Shown here in pieces: positions 43,339-52,157 of a stretch of 64,000 bases of DNA. The stretch is from NCBI GenBank assembly GCA_034521515.1, contig JAXHMH010000002.1, positions 640,444 through 704,443 on the forward strand. The letters are read 5' to 3'. The notes below the pieces were generated by a model. That model did no database searches. It was not told the DNA's origin and was given only the letters and a program-made list of their open reading frames with translations. The stretch is from Candidatus Saccharimonadota bacterium (lineage in GTDB: Bacteria > Patescibacteriota > Saccharimonadia > Saccharimonadales > JAXHMH01). Position 1 is the stretch's first letter; each line of letters starts with the position of its first letter. The position numbers were made by a program, and so were the translations under genes.

Positions 43339-44679
43339 TCAAGCTTCGTGGTAATCGAATGACTTATACTGATCTATTTTTATTTCAACGGCATCGACAA
43401 GTCTGTTGTGCTCACTGATTAACTGGTTATAGTAGTCTACTTGAGCGTTATAACTGTCAAGAGCATAAAGATAGTTGTTGTACGTTTGACTCTTTCTAGG
43501 ATTATTTACGGTGTCGCAAGAATACCTGTAGGATGGGCTGTAATAACTATCGTAGTAGTAGGAATTATACGAGTAATCATAGCTATATCCGCAGTCTAGA
43601 GTGGTTGACGGTGTAGCGAGATATGTATTATAGGCACTTGCCTGATTGGCATCGAGGCGCATAAGTTTATCATATTGCTGATTAAGCGTAGCGGTGCTGC
43701 TTTCAAGACCATCGAACCGGTTTATAATTTCTTGCTCAAGGTTGCGAATTATTACAATGCGACGATACTCTTGCCCTTCATTAACGTCAACTATCATATT
43801 TGGCATCGAGATTGTTCCGGATGGGGTGTATTCGTAGTCTGAAGGATCATCTGATATATCTAGATCATTAATAGAGCTTATTGAAACAGCAGGCGTGCCG
43901 TTAGACTCATTTACACTGCTAGGTATTTCTCCCGGGGCAAAACCTGGGGCCGTCATCTCCATGTACGCATAGCTAGTTCCAAAATCCGTATATCCGTCTG
44001 GGCTTTTGATGCCTAGCGCCATGTGCTGTGCATCAGGAAACAGCATTATCCCAGTGCCATAGCCAAGCTCTTGTAGAAGAGCACTACCAAGATATGTTTT
44101 GCCTGTACAAATACCAGAGTTATTGTATATAGTCTCGTATGGGTACTGTGCTAACTCTCTATCTGTTATGAAAGCATCGCTTAGGACCACTTCAGCCTTT
44201 TGTTCATCGTAAGGTATGTTTTGAATGAAGCAAGTAGTGAGCTCGACCAACTGATCATCATTTAGTCCGTATTGATACCCTAAGTCTCTTATATCATCAG
44301 CCAGTTCAGCGATAAAAGTGTCGTTAGGGTGGCTTTCAGCCAGTCGATTGAAATGTGCGTTATCAAGACTGGATGATTTTGTTGAATTGTAATGATAATA
44401 CCTGTAGACGCTATCGTAGGTAGCTACATCTAACGTGATTTCATTATCTGCATAATTGCACTCAAGTGTAGTAATATTTTCTCCAAGATTCATTGGTGGA
44501 TACGCATTAAAAACATAATTGGCGTGGCCAGTAGTGAACCCTGCAAACATCAGCACTAAAAACAAGACACCACTACCATACACTAGCCTTCTGCCTTGAA
44601 AGATAGCAGCGATATTGCTGACGCCGATTGTTTTTTGGTTATTTAACTCAAAATCTTGAGTTTCATGAAGACGCTTCAC
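43339..44679 (-). CDS. Membrane-anchored hypothetical protein, possibly with a transglutaminase-like Cys-peptidase core
   Basis: 446 aa with an N-terminal TM helix. SGICTGKTYLGSALLQELGY...QHMALG loosely resembles a transglutaminase-like Cys/His core. There is a Tyr/Ser-rich low-complexity stretch and a C-terminal coiled coil. Confidence 0.35.
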   Translation of the reverse strand: MKRLHETQDFELNNQKTIGVSNIAAIFQGRRLVYGSGVLFLVLMFAGFTTGHANYVFNAYPPMNLGENITTLECNYADNEITLDVATYDSVYRYYHYNSTKSSSLDNAHFNRLAESHPNDTFIAELADDIRDLGYQYGLNDDQLVELTTCFIQNIPYDEQKAEVVLSDAFITDRELAQYPYETIYNNSGICTGKTYLGSALLQELGYGTGIMLFPDAQHMALGIKSPDGYTDFGTSYAYMEMTAPGFAPGEIPSSVNESNGTPAVSISSINDLDISDDPSDYEYTPSGTISMPNMIVDVNEGQEYRRIVIIRNLEQEIINRFDGLESSTATLNQQYDKLMRLDANQASAYNTYLATPSTTLDCGYSYDYSYNSYYYDSYYSPSYRYSCDTVNNPRKSQTYNNYLYALDSYNAQVDYYNQLISEHNRLVDAVEIKIDQYKSFDYHEA

Positions 44680-44704
44680 CTTATATATTATATAATCTCT
44701 ACGT

Positions 44705-45547
44705 TCAGTTTACAAATGTTTGCTTCACTCTCTGGCTTTTTATGAGATAAAACAGCCAAGCCACAGAAACTGCTAGTCCAGGTATAGACTCTGCGATACC
44801 TGGCGTAAAGTCACTTAACATGCCTAATCTAGAAAATACAATTATTCCCGCAACTATTTCAAAGAGCAACAGTAAAACCAAGAAACTTACAATAAATATT
44901 CCAAAAGCCCGAGCAGATTTCTTTTTTCTAAAAAACCAAAACCAATAAACAAAAAATAATTGCGCTATGATTATACCCCCAAGTGAAACCATTGCAACAT
45001 ATACAGCAATCGAAGGGAGGACATCTGTATTGCTGTCTAAAACCAACCCCATATTGGTTATGGAATAGTAGGCGTTAATGAAAGGGCTTACAATTACCAT
45101 AAGCCCAAAGAGTGCAAGCCAACCAGATATTGTCTTGGTATTGTTTATCTTTTTATGGTTGTTCGATTTCGAAGTTTCTTTAGTAGTTTCTCGTCCGAGA
45201 TAAGCATCAAGAATTTCATTATCGTCTAGACCGATTACCCCGTTTTGATACGCACTAATCATTTCTGAATCAAAATCATCATCACCTTTTAATGATTCGG
45301 CATCTCTTAAGAAGCCCCGTGCATCTTCAAATTTTTCTTTTGCTAAAAAAATCATTGCCTGGAGCTGATATAGTAGGTAACGATCAGACCCTATCTCATT
45401 GTTCTCCTGATATTTATCAGCGAGCTGATCAAGCCTCGACTGCATTTTTAATATTTCTGTTTTTGACAACTTGTCTTGCTGATAGGCAGCGTCAAGTGCT
45501 TCAATATATTTTTTAGTTTTGTGGAAATCTTCAAAACGTCGCTTCAT
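44705..45547 (-). CDS. Helical (TPR-like) N-domain fused to a 4-TM DUF2569-like domain
   Basis: 280 aa. The GWLALFGLMVIVSPF block is followed by 4 TM helices. A decayed paralog lies at 49581-50452. Confidence 0.5.
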   Translation of the reverse strand: MKRRFEDFHKTKKYIEALDAAYQQDKLSKTEILKMQSRLDQLADKYQENNEIGSDRYLLYQLQAMIFLAKEKFEDARGFLRDAESLKGDDDFDSEMISAYQNGVIGLDDNEILDAYLGRETTKETSKSNNHKKINNTKTISGWLALFGLMVIVSPFINAYYSITNMGLVLDSNTDVLPSIAVYVAMVSLGGIIIAQLFFVYWFWFFRKKKSARAFGIFIVSFLVLLLLFEIVAGIIVFSRLGMLSDFTPGIAESIPGLAVSVAWLFYLIKSQRVKQTFVN

Positions 45548-45748
45548 AAAAATCTCTTTGTATTTTGATTATATACGAAAACAAGCCATAAACTAATGCT
45601 GGAATACATGATTTGCCATAGAGTCACGTTTAATCTTGCATTTCGATTCGATGCGAAAAAAATATTTTATTTTATGTTATCTTCAGAGTCCTTTAAACTA
45701 CCCCTTCTGAACGCATGCTCACTCAATCCATTACTGTAATCTGAGATA

Positions 45749-45775
45749 GTGTTAGAGGACAGTCCTCTGGGTTCC
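45749..45775 (-). repeat. Island repeat family, copy R2 (hairpin core)
   Basis: GTGTTAGAGGACAGTCCTCTGGGTTCC followed by CTCTGGGTTC-type 10-mers. Confidence 0.8.
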
Positions 45776-46028
45776 TCTGGGTTCTCTGGATTCTCAAGTA
45801 AGCGACTTTGAGCAAGCTGGATGGCTTGAGTCTCGACTGCGACGTCAGCTAGCTTGTGAGCAAGGTAAGGCAAGCCTATGGAGTGACTTACTCTCTACTG
45901 CTTTTGGCCGCATTGATTGGCTTGAAGTTATTACGAGCAATAAGAGCTAGCTCGAGCGTCCTGAGCAAGACGTAAAACTGCTCAATACAGGAAATGTGCT
46001 AGAGCTATGCACGGGAGATTGGGAAGAG

Positions 46029-47042
46029 CTACAATTTGCTACTTCTGTTGAACGGGGAGCTTATGCTGGTAATTGGTGCTGTTCGCTTGAACTTCTTGAA
46101 ATGGTCTGTAATAGTTCTGTCTTCCAGGTTGCTGAATATCCATCGATCAGCAAAGTGATAGGTGAAGTAATTGATATAATTCACTGCATCCTGATTGTAT
46201 TGAAAAGTTTCCATCACCATATCTTCATTTACAAGCAGCAGGCATCTATACGGACTTATTGGAATTTGAAATATCGCATCAATATAGCCTACTCCTTGGA
46301 AGAACGCCGGTCGTTTAGCGCGCTGCTGCGCTGTTAGGTAGTGAGTCACAGGGTTATCGGAGGTTACGAATACTCCTGCGTCGTGCGTTTTACTAACGAG
46401 CACCGCCTTCTTCAGCGTGAAAAGTATTTCGTATAACGTTCTGCTCATATCTAGTGCTGCACCCATGAAATACTGATCCATCGGGTCAAACTTAATCTCT
46501 GCTTTGCCGTCTAAGAACGCTTTTCTAGAATTCTCAACCTTTTCGTAGTCGTATTTTTCACCGAATGCTTTCTTTGCATCCTTGTGGTACGACTTTTTGT
46601 GCGATGCGACAGCTTGCATATGCATTTTTGTTGATTGTCCATATGAGGTCGCCCACATTTTCCGCTCTTGAAGATTGCGCGTATGCTGAAAAGCTATGTA
46701 CGCGAGTAGATTGCCTTTCTGTTTTTCAGGCAAGTCAATAAAACCATCAGTCATATCATCAAGTAGGCGCATCATGTTTACACCTTCGGCATCTACATCG
46801 GCGAGCGCATCTTCTAGCGCTGAATCTTTTTGTCCGGTTTCTACGACGGTGTATGTATAAAAGTCTCTCTGTCCGGCAATATTATGGATATTCGTAATAT
46901 ATGGCTTCTTGCCAATCTCATAAGCAACAATTTGGTCCGGATTATTTTTGGTTGCAAACCGTTTTAGATAACCTTGTGGTACATAATGGTGTATCGCCCC
47001 TAATTTATCTTTGCTTGGTTGTCGTTGATCCTCTTTGTTCAT
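46029..47042 (-). CDS. DUF4238-like protein (candidate anti-phage effector family)
   Basis: 337 aa. The N-terminal HHYVPQGYLKRF matches the HY(V/I)PxxYLxxF start recalled for DUF4238. Its start overlaps the stop of the upstream gene by 4 nt. Confidence 0.55.
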   Translation of the reverse strand: MNKEDQRQPSKDKLGAIHHYVPQGYLKRFATKNNPDQIVAYEIGKKPYITNIHNIAGQRDFYTYTVVETGQKDSALEDALADVDAEGVNMMRLLDDMTDGFIDLPEKQKGNLLAYIAFQHTRNLQERKMWATSYGQSTKMHMQAVASHKKSYHKDAKKAFGEKYDYEKVENSRKAFLDGKAEIKFDPMDQYFMGAALDMSRTLYEILFTLKKAVLVSKTHDAGVFVTSDNPVTHYLTAQQRAKRPAFFQGVGYIDAIFQIPISPYRCLLLVNEDMVMETFQYNQDAVNYINYFTYHFADRWIFSNLEDRTITDHFKKFKRTAPITSISSPFNRSSKL

Positions 47043-47929
47043 ATATTTTTATCCTCTGGCTTGATTAAGTCAATCTCAGTACATTTAAGCAAGCTTACGA
47101 CATGCATGAGCGCAATCAGTGCATTCAGTTTAGAATACTGCATCGGAGATACACCGTGTGTCGAAGCATTGCGAGAGTATTTTTTAGGAATTTTATCACC
47201 GTTTTTTGGCCAATACTCTCCATAGCTAGCAGATATCGCGCCAACCACTAGAGCTATACCAACTGACTCCTCCTTCCAGTCTATGGGGTTCTTCTGGCTC
47301 GTGATACTTATACGCGATTGCTCATCAAATATTCTGTACAAAAGTGAATCGAGTAGATTAGTGCTCAGCGCCTGACTTGCTTCCCAATGACCACACTCGA
47401 ATGCCGTGGCAGATTTTTTTGCAAAAACTACGTACTCCGACAAAACGTATGAATCTATCGAATCAAGCACCGTGAAGCCATGCCTCACGATTGACTTATG
47501 ATTATCACTCAAAATTTTCCTACGATTGCCAGGAGATTCAGATAAAAATATCTTTTCTAGTATATCCCTGGGTGGCGTCCATGCTAAAGGGATACCTTCA
47601 GCGATAAGGCTATCTAAATTATCTGGCAAGGACAGATATTCACCATCTCTCCAGTTATCAGGATAACTAGTCGCGATAAGTTCAAGGGACGTCTTTACTA
47701 ATTTTGATACTTGTCCAATGTGTTGCTGTGTCATTTCTGATAACAGCTTTTGGATCTGCTCGGACTGGGTTCTTGGAAATATTTTTGAGTAGTCAATTTC
47801 AGGGATATGAGCGGTCACTCTAAGCGAGTTTTTTAATGTATCGCTGAAATTATTTTCACGCAAAGTGTTGGCAATACTTTTTTGTAGTTTCTCTAAATCA
47901 TTCTTAGCTTCGTTGTGCTCCCAGCTCAT
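47039..47929 (-). CDS. Hypothetical protein with a C-terminal HEPN-like Rx4H motif
   Basis: 296 aa. KKYSRNASTHGVSPMQYSKLNALIALMHV contains R-N-x3-H in a helical C-terminal region, as in HEPN RNases. It is translationally coupled to the DUF4238-like gene. Confidence 0.45.
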   Translation of the reverse strand: MSWEHNEAKNDLEKLQKSIANTLRENNFSDTLKNSLRVTAHIPEIDYSKIFPRTQSEQIQKLLSEMTQQHIGQVSKLVKTSLELIATSYPDNWRDGEYLSLPDNLDSLIAEGIPLAWTPPRDILEKIFLSESPGNRRKILSDNHKSIVRHGFTVLDSIDSYVLSEYVVFAKKSATAFECGHWEASQALSTNLLDSLLYRIFDEQSRISITSQKNPIDWKEESVGIALVVGAISASYGEYWPKNGDKIPKKYSRNASTHGVSPMQYSKLNALIALMHVVSLLKCTEIDLIKPEDKNI

Positions 47930-48330
47930 CTAATCTTATTGTATCAGGTAGGCGAGGTCTCAATTTGCATAGATCTTTTAACATAAAGACTCAGCTTAAG
48001 CGCTAGACAGCTTTTTTCTTTAGTGAAATTCGACATATAAATTTAATAAGAGTATTTTTAGCTCTTACAGCTCAAGCTAGATGGTGTTAGAAATATTAGA
48101 CAAAACAGAAACAGCTTCAAAAGTAAACTCTTAGTTATTGTGGTTGGTTTCCTTCTTTATGCCTTCTCAGTGTACGCATAGAACCTGCCCAGGTAAGGTC
48201 GTATTCACCCATAAGGCAATTGTTTAAGGGTTATTTTGGTGGCCTTAAGGGGAATCTCCACCTTGCCAAGCCAGAACCTATGCCGTGGTGATGTTGGTGC
48301 ATAAAAAATAACATCCCAAAGGAGGGAATC

Positions 48331-48510
48331 ATGCACACAACATCATTACTTACAAAACAAGAGTTAAAGAGCATACCAGAGCTCTACAAGTCAGAAGACC
48401 TGAAGGTCGATGACATGATCGTTCATGCCAAGTTCTTCACACCCTGGAGTAACTGGACATGGTACGTCATGGAATTTGACGGAGAAGATCGTTGCTACGG
48501 CTATGCCAAA
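48331..48510 (+). pseudogene. DUF2958-like gene fragment truncated by a repeat insertion
   Basis: IPELYKSEDLKVDDMIVHAKFFTPWSNWTWYVMEFDGEDRCYGYAKG matches the DUF2958 N-terminal block. From 48511 the frame runs into repeat R3. Confidence 0.6.
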
Positions 48511-48600
48511 GGGAACCCAGAGGACTGTCCTCTAACAGGGAGCAAAATGTTGAATTGTTGGTTTATACGAATAGCTGGTCTAGCATTCCCCCAGCTAGTT
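48511..48600 (+). repeat. Island repeat family, copy R3 (hairpin core plus a diverged B module)
   Basis: GGGAACCCAGAGGACTGTCCTCTAACAGGG, then AGCAAAATGTTGAATTGTTGGTTTATAC..GGTCTAGC..ATTCC, which is related to R4/R5. Confidence 0.75.
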
Positions 48601-48902
48601 TTTGACAGCGCTCTAGGTGTGCGTTGCCAAGTTGTCGTTTGTGACCTTCTGGTTCAGATAACGCCATAGTCTCTTCAAGACTTGCACGGAACTCATCGAG
48701 GTGTTGCAGGTCTAACTTGAAGTGTCATTCTTCATGGTGCAGTACAAAATTTTGCGTTGTACAGGCAACGTTCCATTCCCGCTGACTATCCGCTTGTGCG
48801 CCTGCCTCTAGGTCATCGGGTGTGATGAACAAATACTCACTTGTGATATCCATACAACTATTGTAATCCAATTACTGCAAAAGATGTAAATATACTTTTC
48901 TT

Positions 48903-49050
48903 TCTAGAGGTCCGTCCTCTAACAGGGGAGTAGAATGTGAAATTATTGATTTATGCTGTTTTGGAGCGTGGTCTAGGCGTATATTCCAAACACACTCTAG
49001 GCGACTTTCAATAGCTCAAACAGGTAATACATTTCGATCAGGCTGGCCGC
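48903..49050 (+). repeat. Island repeat family, copy R4 (hairpin, B module, start of C module)
   Basis: CTAGAGGTCCGTCCTCTAACAGGGGAGTAGAATGTGAAATTATTGATTTATGCTGTTTTGGAGCGTGGTCTAGGCG.. is near-identical to 51123-51240. Confidence 0.85.
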
Positions 49051-49188
49051 ACTATTGATTTTAGTAAAGCGTAGAAGAATGCCAGATGTTTGCAAAAAGT
49101 ACGCAAACGCACCAATCCACGCTACAAATAGCACGTAACCCATCGGGCCGTTATCGACGGCTACTTTTGTCTTATCTTTCTTTGCCAC
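48997..49188 (-). CDS. Small membrane protein; its 3' end runs into repeat R4
   Basis: 63 aa with one TM helix (GYVLFVAWIGAFAYFL). The C-terminal ~20 aa are encoded by repeat sequence. Confidence 0.35.
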   Translation of the reverse strand: MAKKDKTKVAVDNGPMGYVLFVAWIGAFAYFLQTSGILLRFTKINSAASLIEMYYLFELLKVA

Positions 49189-49209
49189 GATTTATCCTCC
49201 TATGCATCT

Positions 49210-49584
49210 CTAATATCTAGGAACTCTATAAATTCTACAATCGTAATCGCCTCTAATCCTATCTTCATAATGGTCGTAGGGATGGTTTGAGCTTCTGAAA
49301 TCATTCCACGCAACGCTTGGCATCTCGCAATAGTGATAGTAGGTACTGCCTAGCTTTATGACCATGTACTCTTGCGCCTTGTCATACCATGCGCCTTTTA
49401 CGGTTGAATCGGATTTATTGAGTGATTCAAAATTACTAGCAGAAATATTTACTTTGTCATCACGATATTTGATTTTGACATAATCAGAGCCTGATGAGAA
49501 AAAGAGTAAATATAAAATTACTCCACCGATTAATATTGCAAGTCCAATATGTATCCACGAATAGTCCTCTTTGTGTGTGGTCAT
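49210..49584 (-). CDS. Membrane-anchored KTSC-domain-like protein
   Basis: N-terminal TM helix. GAWYDKAQEYMVIKLGSTYYHYCEMPSVAWNDFRSSNHPYDHY resembles the KTSC domain pattern. Confidence 0.45.
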   Translation of the reverse strand: MTTHKEDYSWIHIGLAILIGGVILYLLFFSSGSDYVKIKYRDDKVNISASNFESLNKSDSTVKGAWYDKAQEYMVIKLGSTYYHYCEMPSVAWNDFRSSNHPYDHYEDRIRGDYDCRIYRVPRY

Positions 49585-50452
49585 TTTGTTAAAGTCGCCT
49601 TTACTCGTTTAGATACCAATAAATACGGTACCCATATAAGCGCATAAAAAATGCTGCGTCCTACATCCTTTGAATAATCGCTTATGTATTCAGTTGATAA
49701 CCCAGCACCAGTTAATACGTTGTAAACAATTGCATAGTCGGCTATTGCATAGATAGCACCGAATGATAATGCAGCAATAGCTACTGTTTTCGCTGCTTTT
49801 TTTCGACTGAATATCAGAATTGCTGAACCTATAAGCAAACCTATATATACAATTACTGCAACGTTTTCAAAAGCTGTTAGCGTTGAAAATGTATCGCCAA
49901 GCCCAGGTTGATATTCGTTGAGTGCACTTATGTCGGACCCAGATCAGGCCAAGGCCTTCTTGAAATGAAGCTGAAAAGGGACCAAAGCTGTCAAGATAAA
50001 GTATGTAATGTAAAAAATGCTAGCCAGCCGTCTAGTCCTACTAGTTTTTTTCGTTTTTTTGCCTTGGTTAGTTCTTTTTCCGACTTAGTACTTGCCTGCG
50101 GTTCTTTGGGTGTATCGTTAATTTGATTTATGAGTTGTTCTGCTCGCTTGTATGATTCACCTTTCATTTTTATTGCTTGCTTGATGAAAGCAAGTGCATC
50201 ATTGTCTTTATTTTGGAAGTAATAAAGTATTGCCTGTAGCTCATATAGCTTGTATCGCGCAGTTCCTAATTTCTCATAATATTGAAAGCGCTCGGCCAAT
50301 TTGTCTAACTTATTCTGAGAGTAATTATATAGTTCTTGTGGTGCATCACCGCTAGCAATGTCTTTTATGTTCGCCTCAATAACTTTAATCTCGTTAGTAT
50401 ATTCTTCACGAAGTTTTGAGTGCGGTAACTCCATTACTCTATATCTCTCCAT
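49581..50452 (-). pseudogene. Frameshifted paralog of the 44705-45547 gene
   Basis: ORFs 49991-50452 and 49581-49838, plus an out-of-frame middle piece (..SDISALNEYQPGLGDTFSTLTAFENVAVIVYIGLLIGSA..), together recapitulate the helical domain, the GWLAFF block and the TM/SKRVK tail of the intact paralog. Confidence 0.6.
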
Positions 50453-50970
50453 GTTCGTTTGGCCTTTTCTGGCTCTAAATCAATTACGTCAGCATCTTCT
50501 TCGGCTTTTTCGGAACTCTCAGCAAGTAGAGCACCAATGATTCGTGCACCATAGGTCAAGAATACTGCAAGTATCAGAGTCCAGAATATTTCCCAATGTC
50601 CGTTAAGTGCTGATGCTAACATGCCAATAGGCACAACGCCTACACCACCCAAGAAAAGACCAATAATAACGGCTATCCATCCCCATAAGGCAAGCGTAAC
50701 CGCAAGTCCAAATATCCAGGCGTTTAAACCGTAGACGTATGATGAGATAAAGATAATAATGCCTGCAACGCCTCGTGCTTTTGGAGCTATAGCGATCAAC
50801 AAGGTGATTATGTTAATTGTAAGTAATATTCCTGTTAGCCAGTTAACGAATGGTTGAATTGTGAATGCTACTCTTGCGCCCAATGTAAATAGTAGAACCG
50901 TAGCTACAATAATACCTATGAATATTACGATGCCAAGGAGCGAGCCTCCGATAGATTTCAGTGTTTCCAT
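50434..50970 (-). CDS. Membrane protein, function unknown
   Basis: 178 aa with about 5 TM helices and an acidic C-terminal tail. Confidence 0.5.
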   Translation of the reverse strand: METLKSIGGSLLGIVIFIGIIVATVLLFTLGARVAFTIQPFVNWLTGILLTINIITLLIAIAPKARGVAGIIIFISSYVYGLNAWIFGLAVTLALWGWIAVIIGLFLGGVGVVPIGMLASALNGHWEIFWTLILAVFLTYGARIIGALLAESSEKAEEDADVIDLEPEKAKRTWRDIE

Positions 50971-51122
50971 AATTCAGTCGCTTTACTTTACCTATAGACT
51001 AAACTAAAAAGTAAATTTTTTCTAGAACTCGAGTTGAGTTTACTATTCACTTCCGAAATAACGCGTAAATAGATACAACCAGAGCGACTACTTATTTATC
51101 GGTTCGTTTTCAAACTGGGCTC

Positions 51123-51317
51123 CTAGAGGTTCGTACTCTGACAGGGAGTAGAATGTGAAATTATTGATTCATGCTGTTTTGGAGTGTGGTCTAGGCGAAT
51201 ATTCCAAGTACAGTCTAGGCGACGTTCAACAGCTCAAGGTAGTACATAATAGTCCTTCGACAGGCTCAGGGCATTTTCCAGTCTCCGGCTGAAAGCCATG
51301 AGCCTGTCGAATGGCTG
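51123..51317 (+). repeat. Island repeat family, copy R5 (full hairpin + B + C modules)
   Basis: The A-like hairpin is CTAGAGGTTCGTACTCTGACAGGG. The B module is about 115 nt, as in R4. The C module (51238-51317) contains the long dyad TTCGACAGGCTCA..TGAGCCTGTCGAA. Confidence 0.85.
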
Positions 51318-51396
51318 AGCACGTACCCCATAGATGGAGCTGTTTATCCGCAGATTTATGTATAATCTATGATAAACTTGTCAAAAGGAAAAGTTT

Positions 51397-52149
51397 ATGA
51401 CAGAGATACCTACAGGTTCGCTATTACCTGGATTCAGCTCGGTAGATATTATAGATTATTCTGCGAGACGTCAGTTTGGCCTACCAGTTTCAGAAAATCT
51501 TCATAGAACATGGCATTCGGTTATGTCCGTAGTGACATATCTTGACGCCATCGAAGATGGAGACTACGGACAACAAGGTGAGTTGAACGTCGAGGATATA
51601 GTAGGCTTCATAAGTGGCGAGGCAGAAGAAGCTCCTCAATTACCTAACATTCATGCAAGTATCGCTCTTGAAGGTCTAGTCAAAAACTTTAAGCTTGTTG
51701 GGCTTGAAGATAGTCATCGCCAGGAATTCGTCGATAATTCAATTAGTCTTGCGTTGTTACATGCAGGCAATCCTGTTGACTCTTCCGTTAAGTCTCTAAC
51801 TCGCCATAGACTGGCGCAAGGTAGATTGTTTGGAAAGCTGTTTTCTGACGTTGTCCCAGATGTGTGCCGTACGGATAGATTTGAAGAATTTGAAGAATGG
51901 GTTCAGGTCGTTGGCGCAGTATCAGAAGTAGTTGACAGCATCTGGGATCTTTCAGAAGACCATCGCACAGGTAAAACTGCAGTGCAGCCAATATTGAAAA
52001 ATCGAGCACTGCTGGCATGGCACGCGACACCTGAATCCATGGTTGCTGCTAAGAACATGAGCCCAATGCTTGCAGGTAAGTTGGCGGTAAAAGCTGTACT
52101 TTTTGGGGTTAATCGTTCAGGGCGGTTCAACGCTCATCGTACAAAATAA
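51397..52149 (+). CDS. Possible squalene/phytoene-synthase-fold (class 1 isoprenoid synthase-like) protein
   Basis: 250 aa. YLDAIEDGD and IWDLSEDHRTGKTAVQP resemble the two Asp-rich motifs (xxDDxxD and DxxED..GRxYxP) of that family. This is a weak call from motif recall only. Confidence 0.35.
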   Translation: MTEIPTGSLLPGFSSVDIIDYSARRQFGLPVSENLHRTWHSVMSVVTYLDAIEDGDYGQQGELNVEDIVGFISGEAEEAPQLPNIHASIALEGLVKNFKLVGLEDSHRQEFVDNSISLALLHAGNPVDSSVKSLTRHRLAQGRLFGKLFSDVVPDVCRTDRFEEFEEWVQVVGAVSEVVDSIWDLSEDHRTGKTAVQPILKNRALLAWHATPESMVAAKNMSPMLAGKLAVKAVLFGVNRSGRFNAHRTK

Positions 52150-52157
52150 CTAAAACA

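Noticed and set aside
45667-45873. 68-aa minus-strand ORF in the 480-bp gap downstream of the DUF4238-like gene's stop (between that gene and 44705-45547).
   Set aside because: Its central portion (..ENPENPEEPRGLSSNT..) is encoded by repeat R2 and the adjacent CTCTGGGTTC 10-mers. The same peptide-like string arises wherever the repeat occurs, so it is probably not a gene.
48563-48853. Minus-strand 96-codon frame with an in-frame TGA (48725-48727), which could suggest UGA recoding or an alternative genetic code.
   Set aside because: TGA terminates well-supported genes here, such as the alpha/beta hydrolase at 6622-6624 and the NUDIX gene at 14361-14363, so the code is standard. The frame lies between two repeat copies, and part of it is repeat-derived. 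It is most simply a decayed gene fragment.
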